DNA from: Octopus sinensis
Lineage: Eukaryota
Direction of reading: 5' to 3'
Assembly (NCBI RefSeq): GCF_006345805.1
Contig: NC_043014.1
Location: 18,786,001 to 18,850,000 of the forward strand
DNA: 64,000 nucleotides
Shown: piece after piece, positions 52,550 to 64,000 of the stretch
Layout of the letters: every line of letters begins with the position of its first letter
Numbering within the stretch: position 1 is the first letter of the stretch
Made by a program: the position numbers and the translations under genes
Notes under the pieces: generated by a model
Told to the model about the DNA's origin: nothing
The model's input: the letters and a program-made list of their open reading frames with translations, nothing else
Databases searched by the model: none

Positions 52550-53263
52550 GTAATGAAAAGAAATATTACAAGTAACTGCAGAATATGTGGAGATGGACAA
52601 GAAACAATAAATCATATTATCTCTAGCTGCCCAGTCCTGGCTAAGAAGGAATATATTCACAGACATGACAGAGTTGGAACCTACATACATTGGAAGCTAT
52701 GCCAACATTATGGAATAACAACAGAAAAAAGATGGTATAGGCACACACCAGAAAAGGTCACAGAAAACGAGAAAGCAACCATACTCTGGGATATGCCGAT
52801 ACACACAGATAGAGAAATTAAGGCCAACAGACCAGATATAGTTGTCAGAGGTCATGAAGAAAAAAAATGCTTTCTAATTGATGTATCAATACCGGCAGAT
52901 GACAACGTGTCTCTAAAAGAAATGGAGAAACTCTCAAATACAAAGACCTGGAAATAGAGGTAACTAGAATGTGGAACCTGAAAACAGAAACAATTCCTAT
53001 CATAGTATGTGCATTAGGCATGATAAAAAAATATTCAGACAAATACATAACAAAAACACTAGGACTTACAAACACATATAACATACAGAAAATTGCACTA
53101 CTAGGCACTGCACACATCCTACGCAGAACACTTTCCATACAATAACCATCAGAGCATCACAACAAATCACAGCACATACCCAAGGCACACAGAGCTGCGC
53201 TCGGTAGTGAAGTGAAAGCACGCTATAAAAATAAAACTACTGAATAATAATAATAATAATAAT
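52548..53263 (+). mobile_element. R4/Dong-type non-LTR retrotransposon, 5'-truncated, young copy inserted in (AAT)n
   Basis: CRICGDGQETINHIISSC (CCHC finger), RHD, and RPDIVV...LIDVSIP..KEMEK (restriction-like endonuclease). One A-run deletion near 52939, after which the frame continues KYKDLEIE...GTAHILRRTLSIQ* (53145). 3' UTR and AAT tail present; (AAT)n also lies upstream at 52468-52546. Confidence 0.92.
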
Positions 53264-53319
53264 GATGATGATGATGATGATGATGATGATAATAAAGATG
53301 GTAATAATAGTAAAAATAA

Positions 53320-54227
53320 TAATTAAGAAAAAATAGGAAAACATTAAACAAGAAATGAACAAAGAAAAAAGAAAAAGCATGTAAAAAAAACGAAAATGTA
53401 TGGTCAGTTAGCAAAAGATGTGAATGCCAAGAGAGATACAGATGGATGAGGCTATGGATGAGGAGGAGTGACCTGAAGATAGAGACCGAAGCACTCATAT
53501 GCACAGCTCAGAAATAAGCGTTAAGGACCAACTATATGAAATGCAGAATAGACAATATTGCCGATAGCGATAAATGCAGAATGTATGGTGAGAGTGTGAA
53601 ATGGTATGGCACAACGTTAGCGAATACCCGAAAATGGCACAACGCGAATACAAAAGACGCCATGACAATGTGGCAAGAAAGATCCATTGGAAGCTCCGTG
53701 GAAATTACTGCCTGCAAAGAGCAAAGGCGTGGTATGTGTAAACTCCAGCAGTCACCGAAAATGAGAAGTGCAAAATCCTGTGGGATGCAATGATCCAGTG
53801 CGATCATCCGATCAGACATCGGAAACCGGACATTGTTGTGGTGAATAAAAATGAAAGAATATGAATGTTAATCGACATAGCATGCCCCGGTAACCACAGG
53901 ATCAATGTGAAAGAAGAAGAAAAAATTAAACAACTGTAACGATTTAAAATGGGAAATATGAAGGTTGTGGTCAATGAAGAGAGTAGACGTGATATCAATA
54001 GTAATTGGTGCCCTTAGAAGTATCTGCACTCACCTACCAACAGGGCTGAAAAAGATCGGTGCAAGTATGAAGGGAGGACACCTACAAAAATATGCATTCC
54101 TTGGAACTGCAAGAATTCTTCGCAAGATTTTTGAAACATGGTCAGTTAAAAAGTGTCACATTAGTCTTCTGGCTGGGGACAGCTGACACTTTCCGTCAAA
54201 TCCAGCAATATAAGCTGTGAGTTTTCC

Positions 54228-54295
<68 letters not shown>
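53320..54295 (+). mobile_element. Second, older R4/Dong-type fragment (different subfamily) with (AAT)n tail
   Basis: YGQ, DLKIETEALIC, ALRTNY, KCRM, KILWDAMIQCDHPIRHRKPDIVV, LIDIACPG, LGTARILRK; multiple stops and frameshifts; tail at 54229-54295. Confidence 0.85.
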
Positions 54296-54323
<28 letters not shown>

Positions 54324-55260
54324 AAGAGAAGAAGAAGAAAGGAGATGAGAATAAAATATCAATAACAGTTATAATGTTTTTTTTTTCTTTGGTAAAGTAG
54401 CCCCTGGTACAAAGCGGCCAATTAAGACGATGAATTATAAGCAATAGAATTTATTCTACCACTCCGTATACAATATTAATAATATACCTGTAAAGCCGCA
54501 CATAATGGGAAAGCCTGAATCGACTGAATCTACTTATGTACGCGGTAGTATTTATCTAACGGACACAAATGGATGAAAACCCTTTATTGTATTTGAATTA
54601 CTGCCGTGCTAAATCTATTTTATTTGTCCTTTCGCTGGAGAGTTACAGTACTTTTGAATTGTTCATTATTTAACACACAATTTTGGGGTCAGTGGGCAAT
54701 GAGCGATTTTCTCGGAAGTTGTATTTTATTATGTACGAAGCTAATTCTTTAGCAGATTTATAGAAAATTTTATGGTTCGTTATATTTTCTGTCCCAGGTA
54801 CCTAATCCTCTCGCCTTTTCATGTTTTATTTTATTCTAGAATTCTAAGAGTGTTCTTTCTTAAGATGGATTTTTCACTGTCAGTGATTTCTTCTTTAAAC
54901 GATTTCAGGCCTTTGATATTATCACATCAAATGAATTCTGGCCTTTCTCTTTTGTTCAAATTTAATGTACATAGCGTGCATTGTTAACATAAATTGCTTC
55001 AGTTTCATATTATTGTCTTGCATATTGAGTCTTTTGAGCCAATTGTGTTTGAAGATTTTTTTTATTGAATTGTAATGAACCTTGAGGAAATTTTGGTTGA
55101 TTAGGTTTTTGAATGCTTCTTCTGAGGTGCATAGCTAGTTTCCTTTGAACCATACAATGTCGATTCCATAATGTTATTGGCCAACAAAATCGTAAACGTC
55201 ACATTTTTGAAGCCAAGCATTAAAGGAATATTGACTCCTGGTAAAATGTTATTCCTCTTA

Positions 55261-56212
55261 TCTCTCTCTATATAAACGGCAGTTTGTCTGTCTGTGTGTC
55301 TGTCAGGTTGTACCCTCACTCTGACCACGGCTTTCAACCGATTCTGATGAAACTTGACACACACATAGCCCAATGTCATAATTCAAAACTAACGCAGCGA
55401 AGATTTTGAAGAGTTCCCCCAGTTCTGAAAAAAATTGATAAATTCGACATGGGGTCGAGAATCAGAAACACAAACCACAGTCTGTCTAGGAGACGCAACT
55501 CGACCTTTTTAACTCTCAACTCCATCAATATCCAGCTACTTGAAGCTATTCCTAGTGATGTCCACGTCTACAAATCTATTGATAGGACAGAAGACCCCGC
55601 CGAGCTTTCCGATTATCCTGTTGAATTCCTGAATTCACATGAAACGCCAGGCCTGCTGCCACACATCCTGAAGTTAAAAGTCGGTGCGCCCATTATGCTC
55701 ATCAGGAATTTGGTTCCACCTAAACAATGCAACGGCACACGTCTGGTTGTGAAACATTTGCCACCACATTTAATGACGGCTACAATATTTACCCGTTGTG
55801 GGAAGGGAGAGGATGTCTTCATTCCACGCATGCACCTTCAACCGTCGGGCGCTGACCTACCAATCCACTTCAGGCGTTCTCAGTTTCCTGTTAATCTCTG
55901 CTTCGCAATGTCCATCAATAAATCCCAAGGCCAAACGCTACAAGTCGCTGGGTTACAGTTGGGCGAACAGTGCTTCGCCCACGGTCAACTCTACGTGGGC
56001 TGTTCACGCGTTGGGAGGCTCAATGATGTTTTCCTGTTTTCGCCCAAAGGGACAGCTAGGAACATCGTATACACAGAAGTATTCGAGTGAAGAGAAGACA
56101 TTGCAACCTACACATGCGCCTTCGTTCCCTAGAGGGAAAGGACTAGATTGGGATTAGTCGTTGCCTACTAGGGGCTCTTACATACCCGGGCAACGCCGGG
56201 CTATGCTGCTAG
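55261..56212 (+). mobile_element. Complete non-autonomous Helitron (952 bp)
   Basis: 5' A|TC at 55260/55261; 3' hairpin CCCGG-GCAACG-CCGGG at 56185-56200; CTAG|T at 56209-56213; no TSD; internal PIF1 helicase fragment. Confidence 0.92.
55449..56090 (+). CDS. Helitron PIF1/RecD-like helicase C-terminal fragment (213 aa, uninterrupted, N-terminus derived from non-coding terminal sequence)
   Basis: YPVEFLNS..PG..PH.LKLKVGAPIMLIRNL...CNGTRL, QFPVNLCFAMSINKSQGQTL and HGQLYVGCSRV are the standard Helitron/PIF1 motifs V-VI. The Walker A motif and Rep domain are absent. Confidence 0.9.
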   Translation: MGSRIRNTNHSLSRRRNSTFLTLNSINIQLLEAIPSDVHVYKSIDRTEDPAELSDYPVEFLNSHETPGLLPHILKLKVGAPIMLIRNLVPPKQCNGTRLVVKHLPPHLMTATIFTRCGKGEDVFIPRMHLQPSGADLPIHFRRSQFPVNLCFAMSINKSQGQTLQVAGLQLGEQCFAHGQLYVGCSRVGRLNDVFLFSPKGTARNIVYTEVFE

Positions 56213-56731
56213 TTTCTACTATATAAAGCATGTTCAAATAGTGATTTTGTTTATCTTCGCCGTTGCAATTATATCCCTGAGAGAATGTGACCCTTGCATT
56301 ATTTCAGGTTGGGATTTTTCTCTCATTGAAACTTTGGCCTGTCAAGGTCAAATTTTCTTGTTGTCTATTGGGGCGAAGATACACATTCAAAGTGAGGTTT
56401 CGCGTGAACTAAATACTGTACATATGATTTGATTTTAATGTGAAGTTTGTGCGCTTATAAATGTTAGATTTTTTTGACAACAGTTGTGAATAAGAATTCC
56501 ATTGTTATTTCTTTCTTTCTTGATAGTATGAAGAATGACATACTTTACTTTGTGATGTGCATTACTGCATGTTATGTGTTGCTAGAGGCGTTACTGTGAG
56601 TGTCATGTACATGGTTTATTTCACTGTCTTGTTTGAAAGCAATAGTTGCTACAGTGATGTACAGTGCTTTTCACTGGTAAAAAGTGCACGGTGTTTCTTC
56701 CTTACAAGAATATATGTGTGCCTGTCATTCA

Positions 56732-56780
<49 letters not shown>

Positions 56781-56881
56781 TTTACTAACGATGTCATGCA
56801 AACAAAATACTATATTCTAAGACATGGTTTAGTTAAAGCGGAACCTTTCCGGCATCCCATTCAGTTTAGGTCACGTGTAAA

Positions 56882-57995
56882 CGAGGTTAAATTAAAATTA
56901 CACTCACCCTTGTTGCTGTTCTTTATTTAAACAAAAGCCGTGTTTGAACAATTTCATAATTTTTAAACATTTTTTCCTTGATACTTCTATGCGCTTCTGC
57001 CAACAGTCCATAAGTTTGCTTATTCTAACGGTGAAGGTGTTCGGCTGATCCCTGCAGCCTTTCACGCACCGCCTCCTACACTTCTTCATCTATAGCAAAT
57101 CGACGACCTAAGAGATGTTTGAACGGTCCAAACAGGTGATAGTTGGAAGGAGAACGATCTGGACTATATGCAGTGTGTTCCAGCGACTCAGAATCCAATT
57201 TTCAACGGTTTCAGGGGTGTATGTGGGCGTATATTGTCTTACAACAATAACACTTCATTTGAAAATAGACCTCGGTATTTGGTGCTAACTGCTAGTTTCA
57301 ATTTGTTAGCTAGCATTTCACTGTAGCATGCACTGGTAACAATAGATCTCTTTTTCAGGTAATGCTTCCGTTTTTATCCCCTAAACGGTTAACCCCACTT
57401 TTTCTGAGTCTTTAGTTTCGTTTTCGCTGGTGATCTCGGGTGTTTCCAGTCCATTTGCTTTTTGGATTCTGGCTCAAAGTGATTAACGCAGAACTCTTCT
57501 TCAACGAGTATTCTCTCTTAAAAAAAAAGCTTCACCTCATTCGTTGTAGCTTTGAGTAAGCGTTGACATATGTACACACAGCTGCGTTTATGCACTTTGG
57601 TAAGCTTACTTGGCAGCTATCTGGCACAGACTTTAAGGAAGCGAAGCTTTTCGTGAATTGTTTCGTATACAGAAACATGTGTAATTTGCTGTGAACAAGC
57701 CACCTCATTGACGTTCTCTCGTCGCTTTGCAAGAACCATCAATCAAGCTTGTTGAATCTTCACGTCAGTGGTGGAAGTTGATGGGCGTCTTGATCCCACT
57801 TCGTGCTTTATGACCGTGAGGCAATTTTTTAATTTCCCGATATACTCATACACACTCCAAAGCAGAAGATCGCTGTCTTCGTGCTGTGCTGAAAGCGTGC
57901 GATGAATTTCAGCCCTTCAAACTCATTCAGACTAGAAGAAATCGGATACTTAATTTCTGTTATTCCTCGGTGTTCGTTGGCAGCGGAACAGTCAT
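56882..57995 (-). mobile_element. Decayed mariner-type transposon (transposase pseudogene)
   Basis: ATG at 57995 (MTVPLPT); remnants RPSTSTTD, HFEPESKKQ..WKHPRSP and AYSPDRSPSNYHLFGPFK. Many stops and indels. The left end resembles a TACGAGG TIR start; the right TIR is not confidently found. Confidence 0.85.
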
Positions 57996-58668
57996 GTTTA
58001 TTCTTGTTATGACGCGAGTTTACACGTCTGGTGTAAAATGGTATTACCCAAATAAATAGTTGGTTGTGGTTATCTAAAAGTAACCTATCGTAGAAATATG
58101 TGATAACACAGAACGCACTCCGGACTACTTGAACGTAGCTACAATACTCAGTATTCACGGTTCAACTACCGACTGGTAAACCAAGAGAGGCCGAAACAAC
58201 GCGGTCGAACTAATCACTCAGTTCTTATTTATTGTGATCGGTTGGTCCACCTTCAGCCACGTGGGTGTGTTCAGCATTCTCCCATAACCATTCTGTAACA
58301 GAATAAAGGAAATTGGAGCGATTTAGTCCAAACCTAGGTTAGATAACCACAAGAGCACTAACTTTTCACAGGCCAACGCTAAAAGGCAGTGCGGTCAACC
58401 TAAAGAAAATTTTGGCGAAAGAGCGTATAATATTTTACTTCACATTGCGCGTATTGGCAGTTTGCCCCCAGGGACATTTGAAATAGAACAGTTGATTAAA
58501 ACTTTGTCATCTATGCTTCCAACACATATTTTCGTTTCTACCCTCTGCATATTGGTTTCAATGTTCATATTCTAAAAAGAAAAACAATAAGAAAACCGGC
58601 TTTAAATCATTGTGGGGAAATTTATTAATTTTATTTTTGATTTTCTTAGTTTTTATTGTTGTCGTCGT

Positions 58669-58703
58669 CTGAAGAAAGCGAGGGTTATATCTCGCGAACG
58701 CCC
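58669..58703 (+). ncRNA. Hammerhead remnant (CUGAAGA, 5-bp stem II, GAAC)
   Basis: CTGAAGA-AA-GCGAG[GGTTATAT]CTCGC-GAAC. One A is missing and stem I is not paired. An upstream RKPALN-like remnant (about 58590-58610) suggests a Penelope-like terminus. Confidence 0.35.
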
Positions 58704-59284
58704 ATCTAGATAATCTTCATAAACTGATATAAGTGAAGGGTTAAAGAGGGAAAATGTGCAAGCAGACAATTTAAGAGATGTTTTTAATGATAAATGACTT
58801 GGTATAGTAATTAGTGTCGTGTGGTGGGATTAGATGCATTATGGCTTATGAGAGGAACAAAAACAACACTGTGAAGTGTGTCAGGATGCAAGCAAAACAA
58901 TAGCATTACACAATATTATCTAAAAGGTTCAAATGCAGATTAACGAGGGCAGAAGAGTGAAGAAATATTCTAATTTTTCTTTTTGTATGTGATAGCAATC
59001 TTCCTAATCCATAGCAAATCAAAGTAACTGTAATTCAATCGCTATGGTACACACAGAATTTTAAAAAGACTTTTAAAAATAGGGAAACCTGCTAACACAA
59101 CATTCTGCAATATTTTTCAAGTGGTTTATAATATAAACAAATTACCATGATTGTGTCATGTAAATTCAGTATTCTCTTTCTCTTCGTCGGTGTGTTTGTC
59201 TGTTTGTCTGTCTTTATAAATATATAAAGATATATGTACGTATATATATATATATATATATATAACATATTATATATGTATGTG

Positions 59285-59352
59285 TGGATTCTGGCTCAAA
59301 GTGATAAACACAGAACTCTTCTCCCCCCACCAAATCTTCACCTCCATCGTTG
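59285..59352 (-). mobile_element. Short mariner transposase fragment
   Basis: GGATTCTGGCTCAAAGTGAT.AAC.CAGAACTCTTCT is shared with 57465-57500. Confidence 0.7.
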
Positions 59353-60020
59353 TGTGTAAATGCGTATGTGTATGTGTGTGTGTTACATATGTATGTGTGC
59401 GTATGTGCTTACGTGTATGTCGATATATAAATGAACACACACACATACGCGCAAACATCTAAATGTGGCGGATTTGCAGGATCTTTGAACGTCAGAAAAA
59501 AACAAAAAACAAAAACAGTTGCCCATACCTTTGGGCTACTTACATTTGTTCAGATCCCTCTGAATTTCACTAGATTGATATTATTGATTTCCCCCGTCCC
59601 TAATTTCAGGCCTGTACCTCCGTTAGATACAATTATTAGCTGTACACAAACGTACACACATAAAATGAACGCATACACACATATATATTTGTGTGTATGT
59701 TTGTGCATTATGTGCATTTTACAATATTTATATATTTACAGCATATATGTTTCTGTCCTGAACAGAATTGAGAAATGTCAGTTGGGAAACTGGGAGAGGA
59801 AGAGGGGGAGAGAAAGAGATGGGGTGAGAGATAAAGAAAGGCAGAGGGACAGAAAGAGAGAGAGAGAGAGAGAGAGAGGAGAGTAAGACAGAAAGATAGA
59901 GAGACAGAGACAGGGAAACAGAGCCGAACATAAAGGACAAAAGAATGTTGGTGTAGAAATTGCATCACTGGACCGAAATTGAAAATTGTCTTTATGTATC
60001 AAGTATATAAACGATATCTT

Positions 60021-61268
60021 TACGAGGGTTCGACCGAAAAGTTCATAGGCTGACCAAGATATTGTCATGGAATATGATAAATCAGGTTTATCTTTCAACA
60101 TAATTCCCTTTTGATCCACACACTTCTTTCATCCCTATTGCAATGATTCGATCCCATTGGTGAAGTAGCTTTCAGCCTCTTGCTGAAAAAATGCCATCAA
60201 CAGCAGATATGACTTCATCATCACCGCGATACTGGTTGCAAGATAAGTGATATTTTCATATTAGGGAACAGATGATAGTCAGATGAGGCGAAATCAGGTG
60301 ATCAAAACCGCAGCCACGTACAGTGGCCATTGAAATTGAGGACTTGTGTGCTGGAGCATTGTCCTGATGAGACAAAACACCTTTCGTTAGTTTTTCTGGG
60401 CGTTTGGTCTTCGTAGCCTTTCGTAACTGCCTTAGAAAGTTGGCATAGTACTCTCATTTGATGGTGTGTCATATTTTGAAGATAGTCAATAAACACAATG
60501 TTTTTTGAATCCGAAAAAAAAAACTGAAGCTACCACATTCTCTGCTGATGAAGCAATCTTAGCTTTTTTTGGAGCAGGTGAGGAAGGGTGTTTCCACTGC
60601 ACGGATTCTCCCTTTTTCTCTGGCTCAAAGTGATGAAGCAAGCACTCATCATGGGTTAGAAAACGTTCGAGGAAACCAGCTGGATCTATCTCAAACAATG
60701 TCAGATTTTTCCATGATATGATCAGCCTGGCGTGCTTTTGGTCAGGTTTCAGAACACCAAGCAAAAATCTTTGTCATGTCATGTTCATTGTGTAGAATAT
60801 TCTCAGCTCTCTCACGAAATATGCTAATAACATTGGCTATTTAATTTATAGGCAGTTGCCAGGCATAAATTACTAAATGGTGAACAGAAACAATGCTTTC
60901 CTCGGTACTACAGGACGTCCAGACCTCGGGTCATCATCAATACTTTTGCTTTCCTAAATTCAGCTGCCAACATTTCAACAGTCGATAAAGCTGGAGCATT
61001 ATCCACTAATGTAGCAACCATGTAAATATGAATGCCCTTGTGGAAAATTTTCTTTTTTTCTGCTGGTACCACGATGCTAAATTTTGTCCAGTAACTAATC
61101 GCGACTAGTTACTTTTGAAGTCTTCTTTGAACAGACAGACGTCGCTTTACCGAGAACGAAACAATGCAACTAATAATAAGAAGGGTTGAAATTAATGCGT
61201 GCAAGCTTTCACAGTCCAAGCATCACTTCTTCATAGTCAGCCTATGAAGTTTTCAGTCGACCTTCGTA
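60021..61268 (-). mobile_element. Mariner transposon with both TIRs and TA target duplication; transposase decayed and internally deleted
   Basis: TA-CGAGGGTTCGACCGAAAAGTTCATAGGCTGAC (60021-60054) matches GTCAGCCTATGAAGTTTTCAGTCGACCTTCG-TA (61236-61268). Motifs: DDDPRSGRP, FLERFLTHDEC..HFEPE..QWKHPSSPAPKKAK, and PDFASSDYHLFPN. Confidence 0.92.
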
Positions 61269-61269
61269 A

Positions 61270-61450
61270 TCTTTTACTTGTTGCAGTCACTAGACTACGA
61301 CCATGTTGGGGCACAGCGTTGATGGTTTTCAGTCGAAGAGCTTGAGCTGAATACCTAGGTTTTTCTTTTCTATCTAGCACTCGTTATATTGGTCTCTTTT
61401 CCCAAACTGTTAACGGATGTCTAGCAGTGGTGGGGTGACAAATACAGGCA
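61270..61450 (-). mobile_element. Partial tRNA-headed-family SINE tail
   Basis: TTTTACTTGTTGCAGTCACTAGACTACGACCATGTTGG...TATTGGTCTCTTTTCCCAAACTG, homologous to the 48721 end. Confidence 0.65.
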
Positions 61451-62171
61451 CAAAGAGAAAGACACTCATACACATACACGCAATCATGCATACACCTAAA
61501 TATATAATTCATAGATGAGATTCAGATGTCCTGCGGATAGAATACACTTAGTAGTACTCAAAATATTCAAACTTGAGCGGGAATTGAAGTAAATGTGGGG
61601 CTAAGTAAATGAGACAGATCAATATAACTTTGAACTTCCCTGCTTCAAGATCTCAAATGTAAGATCTCTTCACTGAAGACAGAGGCTCGCCTCATCCTGT
61701 GTTAAATGCAATCATACGGCCGCATTCTCTGATGGAATTAATCTACAAATATTATTATGGATTACCGAGCCCCTAGAAACATCTGTTGTATTTATAATAC
61801 CTTTCTTCCCTTCAATTTTCTGTATTAAATGTACTGTGTGTAAGATGGACACATCTATATATGCATGCATATATATACATATTTTGTATTTTTGTATTTA
61901 ATATACTTTATATATTGATCTCTCTAATTTGCTTATCTCCATATTCACTTCTATACATATCGACTATCACGGGTTTTACGTTACAAAATCACCCACATTT
62001 GGTGAAAATCTGTCAAGTAAAAACAGTACTGTACTGTATGTATATATTTTTATCATTTTTATAATTTGTTTACATTTATTTTATTATAAATGCAAAACAG
62101 CACGACGGAGGAATCGACGTAAGCTTAAGTAGTAAACCGCGATAGGTGAATCGTGATATAGCGAGGGACTA

Positions 62172-62219
<48 letters not shown>

Positions 62220-62230
62220 GTGTGTGTGTG

Positions 62231-62353
62231 TGCATATGTGGGTGCAGGACGTCACGAAACGTGTACAACAAAAAGATGCGAAGCACAAGTACATGGAATA
62301 GGAACTATTGTTTCGAACAACGAAAGACACAAATGGAAAGCAAGACAAACAAC
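62231..62353. repeat. Dispersed copy of the 46418-46916 inverted-repeat arm
   Basis: GCATATGTGGG..CAGGA.GTCA.GAAA.GTGTACAACAAAAA...GAACAACGAAAGACACAAATG. Confidence 0.85.
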
Positions 62354-63445
62354 ATATATATATATACAGGAAAAGAATGTCACTTACACCAATTTGAAAC
62401 TCAGAGTCAATACTAGTTTGTGTGTATGTGTGTGTGTGTATTTGATTGTTTCTTTTGGTGGCTATGTGCTTGATCACATCATGGTAAATCTGACATTGTT
62501 TGAACAAATCCGCAAAACTCTCACCTACAAAGCCAAGCAGACCAGAAACAGACAAGATCTCTGGCCACGCAATGATGCAGGTATTGTTTCGGAATTTCAT
62601 TCCCCTACAGAGATATCTAGACTATGAATGGGGTTCCATCACTCCCGTCTCTTGGATCCATTGACTCTACTGAGTTCATTCGTCATTTGATAGGTTCTCT
62701 TTTTGTCCTGTACGGTGTCCAACGAAAATTACCTATTTTATCAAACAGGCTTGTTAGTTACCGGCTGCCCAACAATCCAACTGATTCTACAAAGTTACAT
62801 ACATAGATATATGCATATACACATAGAGACAGAGGCGCACACAAACATACACACACACGCACACACACGGACATAGGGAAAGAAAGAGAGAGCGAGAGAA
62901 AGAGAGAAATTCAGAAAGAAACGCAAAGTAAAGTGTAAGGCATTCATAATCATGTACTTTGTTATCAAACAATATGTTTTCATCGAAATTAATAGGCCCC
63001 AAACACGTTCAAGATATTGTTAGAATAATGTTTGATGTTAGAAACCACCTGAAAGTGATCACAACAATGGGTTTCTATTATGTGTGCGTATGCATGCATG
63101 TAGGTATGTATATATGTATGTATTTACCTATCTTTCTATCTATCTATCTATATATCTATCTATCTATCATCCTACCCCCCCACACACATATATATATATG
63201 TCTATATATATATATATATATACATATATACATACAAATATATACATAGATAGAAATAGATACACACCTGTACGCATGCACTCTCGTGTACGCACATATA
63301 TTTTGATATATACAGATATACATTAAGCGATATATATATATGTGTGTGTGTATATATATAAATATGTATGTATGTGTGTGTGTGTACATGCATGTATATG
63401 TATGTCAGTATATATCACGAAATTGATATACACACACACACACAC

Positions 63446-63556
<111 letters not shown>

Positions 63557-63853
63557 ATATTGATATATTTTAAACATAGTGTACAGATAATACTTTGCCG
63601 AGATGAAAGGATATCAAAATGAGAGATCTTAGACCCTCTCCATTTTTTTATCTTTTCATGTCCGTTTTATATATATGTTCAAATATTGTATTAATAAAAA
63701 AGTGTAAACATATATTTGCCGTGCAATTCTAGCTTACCCATCAATAAAAGGAAATGATATTGAAATTCAATTACATATACATGCACGTATTTTTATATTC
63801 ATACAAAAGTACACAAATCTCTATATAATCATATATTCGTATATATGTATGCG

Positions 63854-63928
<75 letters not shown>

Positions 63929-64000
63929 TATATAGTCATACACAAACATATATATGAGATATTTTTCCTAGTATATTATACGTATATAATCAAATCAATA

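Noticed and set aside
55340-55360. CTGATGAAAC inside the Helitron 5' region
   Set aside because: No stem II lies between CTGATGA and GAAA; it is part of the ACCGATT.TGATGAAACTT Helitron subterminal motif.
62388-62604. Minus-strand ORF segment ILSVSGLLGFVGESFADLFKQCQIYHDVIKHIATKRNNQ ending at a GTAAGT donor
   Set aside because: The acceptor is weak, the reading runs through a (CA) repeat, an overlapping plus-strand ORF is equally plausible, and no homology is recognised.

Overview
AT-rich, microsatellite-saturated eukaryotic DNA. The SINE/LINE/Penelope repeat repertoire resembles a coleoid cephalopod (Octopus-like) genome; this is inferred from repeat style and was not verified. No complete protein-coding gene is recognisable, and nearly all long ORFs in the track are translated microsatellites. 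The window contains: many tRNA-headed SINEs; two RTE-clade LINE 3' fragments; a decayed CR1-group LINE; two R4/Dong-type restriction-like-endonuclease LINE 3' ends sitting in (AAT)n; a complete 952-bp non-autonomous Helitron carrying a PIF1 helicase fragment; two decayed mariner transposons; a 1.79-kb tandem duplication that may be an assembly artefact; and five sizeable inverted repeats. The most notable signal is a set of eight or more type-I hammerhead-ribozyme-like folds from several unrelated Penelope-like repeat families. These include non-textbook cores (CCGAUGA and a G3-C8-swapped GUGAACA), one inside a near-perfect palindrome, and one carried by a tRNA-head/(AAT)n composite element. 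Three minus-strand, phase-0 candidate exons (39404-39490, 37101-37184, 21969-22058) and two miRNA-like hairpins are reported at low confidence. All folds were derived by eye, not computed.
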